DNA from: Chrysomallon squamiferum
Lineage: Eukaryota; Animalia; Mollusca
Direction of reading: 5' to 3'
Length of the DNA: 64,000 nt
Assembly (NCBI GenBank): GCA_012295275.1
Contig: CM022669.1
Location: 7,688,001-7,752,000 of the forward strand
Numbering within the stretch: the stretch's first letter is position 1; each line of letters opens with the position of its first letter. A model generated the notes under the pieces. The model made no database searches, was not told the origin of the DNA, and worked only from the letters and a program-made list of their open reading frames with translations. Of the stretch, positions 39,801-51,470 are shown in pieces. Both the position numbers and the translations under genes were made by a program.

Positions 39801-42255
39801 TTGAAAATAAGTTGTAAAAATAGTGACTTACGAGAAATCCTCCTCTTTTGTTATTTCCACATTTGTCTATGGATGAAAAAGGAAACACTTTTCAAGAAAA
39901 TGGTTTAAATATTTATAACACATCATAAAAGTTTATATGGATTCTGCTTCACCTAATAAATAAATTACATAAATAATAGGAATAAATAAACATGAGGAAT
40001 CCTTTATATAATTTTGATTAGCATCCTCTTTCCTATTACCAGTTACAGTCTTTCATATTCTTATCCTCGTAAGAAAAGTAAAGTACAAGTAAAGTAAATA
40101 CACCAGTTATGGGAGCACAGCAAATTAATTTTTCCTATAATTATTTAATCAAAACAAGTAAACATACCACACTTTCTCCTTTTTTGTATTCTAAGTTACA
40201 GTCCAGTAACAGGATTCTAGGGTTAACAATTTTCCTGAAAAAATAAAATAGATAATTTATAAAACAAAAACATTTAAAACAAAAAATGTTAAGCTAATAA
40301 TTTAATATTTTTTAAAATAAAATACAGATTCCTTTGGCCTCTTAAAAATTGTTACTGAAAAAAAGAAAAAAGACAGGAGACATTACAAGAACAGTTAATG
40401 ACTGTCTACAAGTTAAATATGTAGATTTCAGGATCATTAAAAAGTGTATTGGAAGCTTTATGTATCTCAATGAATATCTTTCAATTTAAATAAATCACAT
40501 TATTATAAAATTAACTGTTATTTCCGTTCAGCAAACGTAATTATCTGTTAATAAAGCAGAAGAAATTATTAATAAAATGGTGCTTAATGTTCTTTTTGTT
40601 TTCTTTTACATGCAAACATTAAATTCAATTCACCTTTTCATTTTGGGATGTGTTACATCTTTGTTGACCATCACTCCTCTCAAAACTCGAGATTCCTCCA
40701 GCAGTCCACCTGGTATCTATGCAATTAAACAGTGCAATGATTGAAAAGGAGAAGGTTTCATATTTTAATATTAATGCTTTGTTACAAATTAAACACATTA
40801 AATCATACAAACAGTAAATCAACAAGCAACCCAGTCCTACAGCACAAAATACACTTTAAAAAATAAAATTTTAGTCATTTTCAATCGCTCTAGTCCTATG
40901 ACCCTTTCCTATGTGAAAATTACTTTACTTACATTTTATATTGGTATTTGGTATTTCAAGTCTATTTCTTTTTTCTTCTTCGTAATTAAGAAAACAGAAA
41001 AAAATCATTATCACTAAGATCTTGCATAATTAAGAAAATGGATTAAACAATCTTTTCTTGTCCTTCTTGAACAATATACATGTCCATACTGACTTAATTT
41101 CTTTATTTTCAACACTGAGGATTACCTTTTCTATTTTAGCATATCTCTTAATGTCAATTTCCTTCCTGCCATTCTCTTCTAGAGCTACTGTTGCTGTGGC
41201 ATCTAAAGCTATCTGACAGGCCATATCCATCCTGAAATAAAACAAAAAAACTGTCTAACACACTTTAATCAAAATTTGAGTTTTTTTATTACCATAATCA
41301 ATAAATTCAGCACTGGATATATTTAAGTCAGTAATGTAAATTTAATAGATATAAACAGATGGATTCTGTTTTTAGCAGCAGAGGTCCTATTGTGTCATTT
41401 GGGAAAACCTGAATCAATCAATTAGAATAGAAGATGCCATGATAATTTTTATTATTTCTTGGAAAGAATTTTTTTTTGTTTTTTTAACCAAATGTATTCA
41501 CAACTGTCTAATCATATTCATCAAATTAATCATTACTGTAACCCACTTATTTTAACATACAAACCATTTATTGATGAATTTTGTTCCCAAACAACTCTTG
41601 ACAATTTTCAACATTTCTTTTCTGTTTGTGGTATCAACTGGAACACTAAAAAAATAATAATATTTAGTTAAGAGCTTACAAGAATTAACTGCTTTTGTTG
41701 TTTTCAGTTAGTGCACAATGTATTCTTAACCTAAATATAATTTTCAAAATTATTAAAACCAAAATACAGATAATCTATAGATTAAAAAGAAGATTCTGTA
41801 CAGGAAATAAGATATTAACTAATTTATCTTAAAAAAAAAAAAAAAAAAAAAATTAATATTTATAACTTCAACAAATTAAACAACATACACTAGAAATAAA
41901 ATGGATTCAAATATGAAAATGATTGAAATATTAACTAATATTATTACTGCCAAACCTGATTTTATCCTTCATTACATCAAGCATATCTTCAAGGGCTTGT
42001 CGGAAGGCAGCTATAATCACAGTAGGATGCATCTGTTGTTCCAGGAAAGGTTGTGCTACAGCCAGGACCTCACCAGCTAAAAACAGAATCTTATCTTGTC
42101 ATGTATTTTAAATTCACAATACTTAACGAAGAATAAGAAACAACTAGACAGAAGAATAAGAAGAAACAAGATAGAAGGAAAAGAAGAGTCAAAAAGAATA
42201 GTAAATAAGTTGAAACAAAATATACAAAGAAAGAAATAATAGCAATCACTGAATT

Positions 42256-42317
<62 letters not shown>

Positions 42318-45300
42318 ATGCAGATTTATATCCAGATTAATGAACAAGCTGTTATTTAAAATTGTTCCTCTGGATTTATTTTTTAATCTAACCAAGAAAT
42401 GTCAACTGCCATATTACATTCTGTCTTCTAGAATATTATACTTGATTAATCAATATCTGTAGTAATAACTGGAAAAACCAAGCAGCTCATATTCTGCTAC
42501 TTTAGAGAAATGTCAGGAAAGGTCAAAATTAAGGACTGATCTTCAACTATTACAAGTTTACTGATGAAACAGGAATGGGTTTTATAACTTTTGGGGGCAA
42601 TATTTCCTTTCCACTGTGAATATTATCAGATGTACAAGTCTTTTTGTTCTCGCATTATTTGGGCACATTCCATTGCAATGAGCCAGATAATTAAAAAATG
42701 TCCATATCTCAGTTTTCATTATAAGAAAAATTTGCCTCAGCAATAAAAGCAATTTATATTTATGACTTTACCTAAGTAAATAGAAAAATACCACAGCTAA
42801 AAGAATCATGCAGTGATAACTTAGTGTCCTACATAAAATTAATACAATCAGGTGAAGAAAATGTGCGAGATATAATTAATCTGTTGATTAAAAAAGAAAA
42901 AGTAACAATTTTTTTTTTTTTTTAAATTAAAAAAAAAGAAATAAAATCAACTCACCCAAAATAATGACAGACTTAGTACCATCACCAGTTTCTTCATCCT
43001 GAGTGCGTGCAACTTCTATCATAGATTTGGCTGCTGGATGTTTCACATTTATCTACCAACATCATAAAATATAAAAATAATAATCAACAACATGTGTAGA
43101 ACAAAAGAAAATATTAAATATTGTTAAACATATGTGACTCTAAAAACTATACTAATAATAATATATGGATTACAAATGTGTAATCAACACAAAAAAATAC
43201 ACTGACCTAATGTCATGTTACAGCTCAAACTAATCAATGTTTTGACTGACAAAAAGTTCATAAAAATAAAGTGTGACATGCGGTAGAAAATAAAATAAAA
43301 TAATATGTATTTCTGCTATTAAATCAATTTTGTTTAAATTTTTATTTTTTTTATTTCTAATATTAATATTATTATTATTATTTAAATTATTATTAAAATC
43401 CACAGCATGCAGCTCTATTCCAAATTCTATAAAAAATAAATAATAAAATAGAAAAAATATGAAACCAAAAAAACAACAACATAGCACATCACTTCTTAGC
43501 AAAGATAATCAGATATTGAATATTTTTAATTATTCCATCAGGAAGTCATTACTGATGTGCAGTCTCGAACTTGATTTCCTGACAGAAATAAACATCAGAT
43601 TTCACAAGTACAAACACACGCCTCACCTCTCTCAATATTGCATTGCCGTCGTTGGTCATAACAATGCCTCCCATGGGATCCATCAGCATCTGAAACAATC
43701 AGTAAACTAATTCAAATGATAAGCAATGGGAAAGCACAAATTCTTCCCATGCACATTAAATAGTGGGACATGTTCAGTGGTAAATGAGAAACTGAAATTT
43801 TTTCTGAAATTCAGGATAACTAGATTTGCTTTTTACTTTTCTTTATATATGTATATATACATATTTATCTGAATGTTTCACTGAACAATTAATCTAAATA
43901 GTTATTACTTGTATAATTACATGCTTGCATCAGAATCAAATGCACAACTGTAACTATCACTTATTTTTCTTCTCGTTTTTCCAGCCAAAAACAAGCAACC
44001 CTCCTATCATGGAATAAACATTTTCCATGATTAAAAAGTTAAAAAACAGAACAGCCGAAAGAAAGACAATCTCTGCAAATACTAAACATATTACTACTGA
44101 CTAGTAATAATTTTAGAAAGATGTATATGCAGCCTATCAGCTGCTGTACAAATGCATGCAATCAATGTCAATGACTTTATTCTCATAAACTGTAGGATTA
44201 CAGTGATAGAGAATAATGTAATATATATATGTTATAACAATTAAAATGCACGTATGGAAATTTAATGTGGAGGACATACTCACACACAGAGCTCTTATTA
44301 ACAGACAGAGCTTATCAGTGTTAATAAAAACAACACCAAACAGTTCATTAACACAGCTGCAGGGATCATTGCCTGTATTGATCAGAAATATACTGCATGA
44401 AAGGAGATCAACAGCAGACAAACACAGCATTCATCAGAGATTAAAAACACAGACAGCAGCAATCAAAACTTTTATAGTTCAGCTGTTAGTGCTAATGGAA
44501 ACATTGGTCCACTTGATGGCATAATCATACATGTAAGTGTATGCAGTTTAACTGTCATAAAGAAATACTGCCCAAGGTGTAAAGAATAACGACTTGTTAT
44601 TTATGGAGTAACCTTTAAAATAGACCCACTAATAAGCATTTTGGAGAAAAAAATGATTTTTTTCTTTTTCTTTTTTTTAGCCTTTGTGCCAAGTTGTTAT
44701 ATGCAGATGTACATCACCTACAGGTATTACTATTGATGTTGCTGTTGCTGGAACTGTTGTTTCAAAGGATTATGTGAAAAACATTTGTTGCTTATCTCCA
44801 GAAGAAAAGGATTATATCCATACTGAGATATAAAAATGGATCTTACAAGTCTAAGCTGTTTATAAAATTATTTTAAATAAAAGAAACAATGGATTTTTTT
44901 TTGTCTACAAATATCTGCATCTTCTGAACACTGACAAACATCACTAATTTAATCAATCAACAGAATTTTGTGATTATATGAGAAAGATTAATCATTTATA
45001 ATTCAGATGAAACATGTGGAAGAGCAATTTATTTAATGGTGATGAATGTATTTAAGCTATACTTCTCATTTAAATTACTGTGAATTGTAACCTAAGCATG
45101 TTCATTACAGTAACGAGTTTTGATTCAAAACAAGTTATCCGAATTAAACTGGGATAGTTTTGTGAGTGATTAATATCAGACTCAAGTTCATCTCTGAAGA
45201 GACCTAAAAGAAGCCATGTTACTTTGCTGCAGCTCAGGTAAAAATACACTTAAATTTTACTTGTGTCCTATTCATGTCATTGATGTATCTCTTTTCATAT

Positions 45301-46699
45301 TGCATTTTATTTCTGTTTTAATTTTCAAATGGTAATAAAATATGAAATATATGGTCACATTTACATACTATTCTCTTTTTTTGAATATTCCTGTTGCATG
45401 TGGTGTATATAGGTTTATAGCAGTTTAAACTAACAAAAATCAAATGGTTCACATCTGCAGCAGTACTGCATTCCACTTCCCCCTAGCCCCCAACAGAATG
45501 TTTGAACAACTGTTAATCAGAATATGCATTTGTTAACATCATTTCTGTTGTACCAGTATGTAATGTATGCTAAAAATTATAATATATAAAATGTATATGA
45601 ATAATAAAAGATCTGAATCCAATGCAAAATATAATAACAGATAAAAGAAAAAAGAGAAACAATCCAATATGATCAAATTTAATTTGTAACGTGTGTGCAA
45701 AATACACTTTATAAGTTTATTTCTTATTCATTAATAACATACAAAATTAACTGTAAGCACAAACACACAAATTACTGTCCAATATCTTTTTGTAAAAAGA
45801 AAAGACTATCAAAGTTCTTTTATTTGCTAAACGTGATTTTTAAAAAGATTACTGCTCTACAAGGTTCATTTTTCAATGAAAATGCAAAATATAGTCACAT
45901 GTTTAATCAATTTTCCTTGTATACATAACTTACTGTTATTATCTGATTCATTGCTATAATTCTGCCACTGTAGTCTCAAAAAAAAAGGTGTGTAACCATA
46001 CAAACAAATATGTCATTTGACACATTCTATTATTTATTCAGAACTGATTTAAAAAACATTTTGTCATTTAAAAAAAATTACTATTGTATTTGGTAATGTT
46101 AATGATAGTGTTTTTTAAATAGTTATTTTGTATGTAATGACACTTTATGTAATGAAATACGGTGACTTTAACTGCTATTATCATAGAATAAGAATGTTTT
46201 CTGCCATTTAACAATGTTTATCATTCTTATTTAAGTGACAATTTTTTTAAAGTGAAAAGCTTGGTCTTCTAATGCAGTGAGAAAAACAAGTAGTCTGATA
46301 TTAACAATATACATAAGCATGCAAACAAAATATAAGATTATAAAGTTTAAAAATACATTAACAATTGTGAACTGAACAAAACCTGTTAATTTAAAATAAT
46401 GCACATGCATATCTGAAATCAGAATAATGAAAGTTTGGTCATTTTTTGTATTTTCATTAAACAAAAATTGTTCTGCACTATTTAAAAAAGCATGATACAG
46501 AGCTCCAGATAATTTTCAGATCCACTGAATATTTAACTCCATTATTCTGATTACAACACCAACTCAAACCCTATCAAAATATCACAATTCATGAAGCTTT
46601 GGGAAAGCATAGGAAAGGTTAGAGATCTACCAAAGAGTCCATCTAAATAAGATTTTATTCTAGGCCAACTTTTTAATGACAGAATCAAACAAATGACTC

Positions 46700-46730
<31 letters not shown>

Positions 46731-49064
46731 CACTGATCGATCAGGAGTGATCTTCTCATTAGTACACCCTTTCAATTTTTGTTATATTCCTGTCAGCCAG
46801 ATGGTGCACATCAACTAAAAAACCAAAGTGCCAAAAGCAGATGCCGTTTTCAGAACATAACACGGAAGATATTCAATAACTGTTCAAAATGAAATGTACT
46901 GGAGTGCTGCTAAACATTCATTTATTCACTGAGGCAAGGTTTACTCTATCATTCTATGTTTAAAATTAAAGCATCTCACTCTTTTTTTTTTTACCACTAT
47001 ATATTTATTTTAGAAAATAAATATTTCAACAGATATTAATAAAATATTTATTCTTTCCACCTTATAAAACACTTTCAAAAGTTAAAAGTGTGAACAAAGC
47101 CAGAATCGGTTTCTTTCGTTATTGCGCTATTTTTTCATTAGTTTTGAGTGACTGTCTTTACTATACACTAATAATAATGCATGACACTGTTGAAGCTAAT
47201 GTGAGGATATTTATTATTTTATTTATTCAGTGAACATCCTTTAGTGACTACAGTTATAATCACTATTTTGGCTTGCATGTACAGATCTACAGCAGTTGCA
47301 AAATACTGTTTACTCTCACATGTAATCATGTTTTCAATGCTCCAGTACAGTGCTTTGTATTCAGTTGCTGATTTTTATGAATTATCTGTTTCAAATCTAT
47401 GAATTATGATCTCTTTTTTGAGTAACCAAAAATAGATCATAATTTGGTTTTCATAAAACAAGCAGTAAATGTTTAATGTCACTTACTTTCAGCATTGCCC
47501 TTGGTCCAAGACATGTTCGTATAACATCTGCAATAGCCTGAAGAAAAAAAAAGTGACTATATTTGAAATTTGTAAAGACTAAATAATTATTTCAAATCAT
47601 TTTCAAATTCAGAATTTTTCATATTTAATAAAAACAGATTTTTATAAATAGGTCTAATTAAGATATTCTACATTTTATGGACAACTAGATACTGTTTAAG
47701 ATTATTAAAACACATTAATGTATAAACTTATTATTTTTGTCTTTATACATTGTACCATCATTTTTCTCTTGTTACTACTGAGAAGTTCTGCTTTAAATTC
47801 TAACATCAAACATGTTTTCTTTATAACAGTTTGTATTAATTAATGATTTATATCAGAACTGTCAAGTGGAAATCATTTAATTTGCTTGATAATGATGCCC
47901 TCTGAAAGTGCAGTTATGATCAAAAGTCTTAATTTTGTTGTATTTTTATAATTTAAATAGCATAAATGATAATAAGTTTAATAATGTAATTATTTTAAAC
48001 AGTATCTAGTGCAGAACATGAATTTACTGCAATTTTACCTGTGTTGAGATTGCCATACTCCAAAGACAAGATTACATCTTTCTCAAGAAAAATGAACAGA
48101 ATAGGGACATGGTGGAAAGCCACAGTACTTGTCTGGAAAAATGCATACTTCACAAAAAGAATGTTTACATTGATTACTTCCATTAAACAGACGGCAATCA
48201 AATGCTCAGTTCCTTGTGTAGAAATGATTGTTGAAGACACTAAGTTAAGGCCTACAAAGTAGTTACATGCAATAAAAACCATGTAACTTAATTCAATCAA
48301 CTAATTAACACACATGACCCACTGCTGGGGGAAATGGAGCAGTAACACTGACAGGTGTGTATGGGATACAACCCAATAAACCATTTTGTGTAACAAATGA
48401 CATAACTGTTTTATGAGACTATCTCTGTGAGAAAACCCAATATATGTGTGAAAATATATGTATTACATTAGTACTTTTGATGTCAATGTGCGACTCCCGT
48501 GTACTTTTACTAGATTCAAATTATAAGGTACTGTACCGATATAAAACATAGGAATCGAAATGTCTTATACTCCCTTTATTTCCAAAAAGAAACGAAATTA
48601 CATCAACTGAAGACAAATACCAAATTAAATTAAACCGGCTTATTTAATCAGATTGATTCATAATCATGATGTTAATGATTATATTCAATTTATTGTCTGT
48701 GCTTCTTACTCAATTCTTACAAACAAATGACTTTATTACAGTATATAATAATTGTTATCAATTAATTTGCGTTGATATGGTGGATTATAAAATAATGATA
48801 ACATCAATAACTAAAATGTTTGGAAGAACGTTCTGGAACTAAGCCTACGTCGCTATGAAAATATTCAATGGCGAATTCCATGATAGCACGCGACTAACCT
48901 TTCCTGCAGCAATATTCCCCAACTGCACCTTTCTTCCTGACTCCCGCTTGGTATTTTGATCTGTAATAATAAATAAATAATTTAAAATTTTGACAAGGCC
49001 TTTAAAGAAATATATAATCATAGAAAATGGTTAATATCTTACTTAGAACGATAATCGCAGGCAT
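36808..49064 (-). CDS. CCT3: T-complex protein 1 subunit gamma (TRiC/CCT), 545 aa. 17 coding exons: 49064-49043, 48960-48899, 47537-47487, 43689-43627, 43052-42956, 42076-41956, 41645-41565, 41231-41126, 40716-40634, 40234-40168, 39866-39832, 39440-39261, 38868-38770, 38290-38104, 37886-37746, 37384-37253, 36918-36808
   Basis: Contains [106 protein letters not shown] and [11 protein letters not shown]. The exons sum to 1638 nt in frame. Confidence 0.97.
38369..38765. repeat. Diverged two-copy tandem duplication (about 190-215 nt) forming most of CCT3 intron 13
   Basis: AAATTTAATATTTAAAAATCT occurs at about 38369 and 38585. TTTATCTAAAATAAYAGTTAAGTRTATCT occurs at about 38545 and 38725. Confidence 0.75.
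42259..42312. repeat. (TG)n microsatellite
   Basis: Directly visible in the sequence. Confidence 0.95.
48825..48839. promoter_or_regulatory. Perfect three-unit heat-shock element in CCT3 intron 2
   Basis: aGAAcgTTCtgGAAc equals nGAAnnTTCnnGAAn and lies in the CpG-retaining 5' region of a chaperonin gene. Confidence 0.6.
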
Positions 49065-49099
49065 GGTGAATTCTATATAACTAATGAGAACGAGGCAAA

Positions 49100-49175
49100 T
49101 CCTGGGCAGCGTGACATCTACTGGGAAATTAAGTTAATATGAATTGTCTCCCGTGGACTAGAATACTAGCCGGTG
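49100..49175 (-). promoter_or_regulatory. Candidate proximal CCT3 promoter
   Basis: CpG is retained, and the minus strand reads AACTTAATTTCCCAGTAG (49135-49118), resembling the ZNF143/Staf motif ACTACAATTCCCAG. Confidence 0.4.
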
Positions 49176-50761
49176 ATTCTGTGTTACAAATAAGAAGCAG
49201 TGCCATGTCATATTTCAACCACAACAGTTCTAAGAAATAAATAAATAAATAGAAAAACTTATGTAAAATTGTAAATATATATTTTAAAAATGACATTTCA
49301 ATCCAGAGTCGAATTAGAATAGTACATATAAAAATTAACAGTTTTCAGGGCTTATGCTTTACACCATTGCTATTTTTATAACCTTACTATAAGACTAAAA
49401 TATTAGTTTCAGTGGTAGTTTATATAGATGAAAATAAGAGTCATATGTAGCCTAGAGTTTCATTTACTGGTTTTAGGTAACTATGACTTAAAAATGTGAT
49501 AAATGTATGTCACATTAAATGTATTAGATTTTACATGAAGTCTTTAAAACACAAAATAAACCTGAAGATTTTAGGGCAGGGGGAGGAATTGTTTCATCTT
49601 TTACACGCCCAGATCGTGACTGGTCTGCAAACACAGCTGTAAAATGAATCATGGATACTTACGCTAATTTGTAACACAGACAAACCTTTGTATATTTTAA
49701 TAATTACTCTCTATATTGTTTTACTTTAAGCTGTTACCGCAAAATTGTATGTAAATGCTTCTATTTTCGTTATTCAGCATTAAATGAAAAAACAACACAT
49801 TGTACTATAAATTACAATAATTAAACACTGAATATTTTTCCTAACCGTTACTGTGAAGATTCAGAGTTTTTCCTAACGAGCATTCTTTGGTATTTTCATT
49901 TTTAAAATAATGTTGTTCACGGTATGTTTTATTTATAGGACACTATCAACTATGTTTTATGTTTTGTATGTCTCCTTTAAATATAATGTAGGAGAACTTT
50001 TGTAGGAGATTTGTTTGTTTGGATATTATATACTGGCTAATTATTCAGATATTCTTATTAGTTCAGCCATTTTGAATTTTTATGTAAAACTACTATTGGT
50101 GTTGGTAAACATAGATACCATTCTGTATATTTTCTATATATACTAAATAAAAAACGAAATCAGAAACTAAAATTTAATAACAAAAGACGGCCTAGAATAT
50201 GGGCCTAAAAGCATAAATGTTTTAAATAAGCTAGTTAAATTTCTAAACTCACTGCATGCATACAGTTTGCATTTGGAATATATATGAAGAAATAAATGAT
50301 TTGCTATTTTACATTTTCAAAAGAAAATGATTGTGATTGTAATTTTGGTATTTTACGTATCATTTCATTTTTTTTTTTTTTTTGGGGGGGTATCTTTTCT
50401 TAATTTTTAGCTTACTAACATTGCTGACAAAATTATCCCAAAATACAACTATTGTAATAAAATTACTAAAATAACCAATTACGATCATACAACATAACAT
50501 TTTTTTTTTTCTTTACATTAATTTTTTAAAATGATTATGGCTGGAAAATTATTAAAATTTATCCATTCCGCCTTCTGAAATTAAAGTTAACTTATTATTA
50601 TTATTATTTTTTTTTTTTTTTTTTTATGATCATTTACTAAATAATTACTCTGAAAAAGCAAAATTTCAGTTGTAAAATATTACATTTAACAAAATTTCCA
50701 TAACGTTATTTAAGTATACAAATGCGTGTGTTTTATATATACACATACACACATTATTTAT

Positions 50762-50797
<36 letters not shown>

Positions 50798-50917
50798 TTT
50801 ACTGTTACGTAAATATTTAAAAAAGATTCATATAATTAGAGCGAAAATCAGTTATGAAAACGAAAAATATGACAGATAATGGTATAAAACCAAAGATTAG
50901 AAACCAAAATAATTAAT

Positions 50918-50918
50918 T

Positions 50919-50974
<56 letters not shown>
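50918..50974. repeat. (CA)n microsatellite
   Basis: Directly visible in the sequence. Confidence 0.95.
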
Positions 50975-50975
<1 letters not shown>

Positions 50976-51353
50976 TTTAATTTATTAGCAGCAAAACATT
51001 ATTTTTCCATTAGTAAGTTTACTTGAATATAGTTCGTCTAGCGATTTTTATCAATTTATCGAATCGCAGATCGATAATCGGTCGATTATAAGTCAGACGA
51101 AACATTTTCTTCAGGTTTCATTTAATGAAAGTTTATAGTAATTACATCTGATACAAATAAAATGTACATTTAAAGTGTACCTGTAGTAATAGGAATAATT
51201 TATCTATTAAAATTATTTATACTTACAAGTTATTATTTTAGTGTTTTGGGTACACTACCAGTATCAGTCTTGTAACAAAATATATGACAGTAAAATAATA
51301 GTGTTCTAAAAGACTTGTACGCCGCAAATTTTATCCCTTCACAAGTGATGTTG

Positions 51354-51470
51354 TGACGTCATGGTGTACAGAGAGGTACCTGTACTATTTCAAAGAATAA
51401 GAAACTTTGAAGCAAACAAACGTTGTGTCCTACCTGCACAAATTCACGACTACAGAAAATGGCGGCATCC
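51354..51470 (-). promoter_or_regulatory. Promoter-like element with a candidate short non-coding first exon (about 51470-51434)
   Basis: Full CRE TGACGTCA at 51354-51361. On the minus strand a YY1 motif GCCGCCATTTT (51466-51456) is followed by the donor CAG|GTAGGA at 51433. Confidence 0.45.

Noticed and set aside
42077-43626. Mutually exclusive CCT3 exon carrying canonical GDGTT
   Set aside because: No duplicate of exon 5 is visible in either flanking intron.
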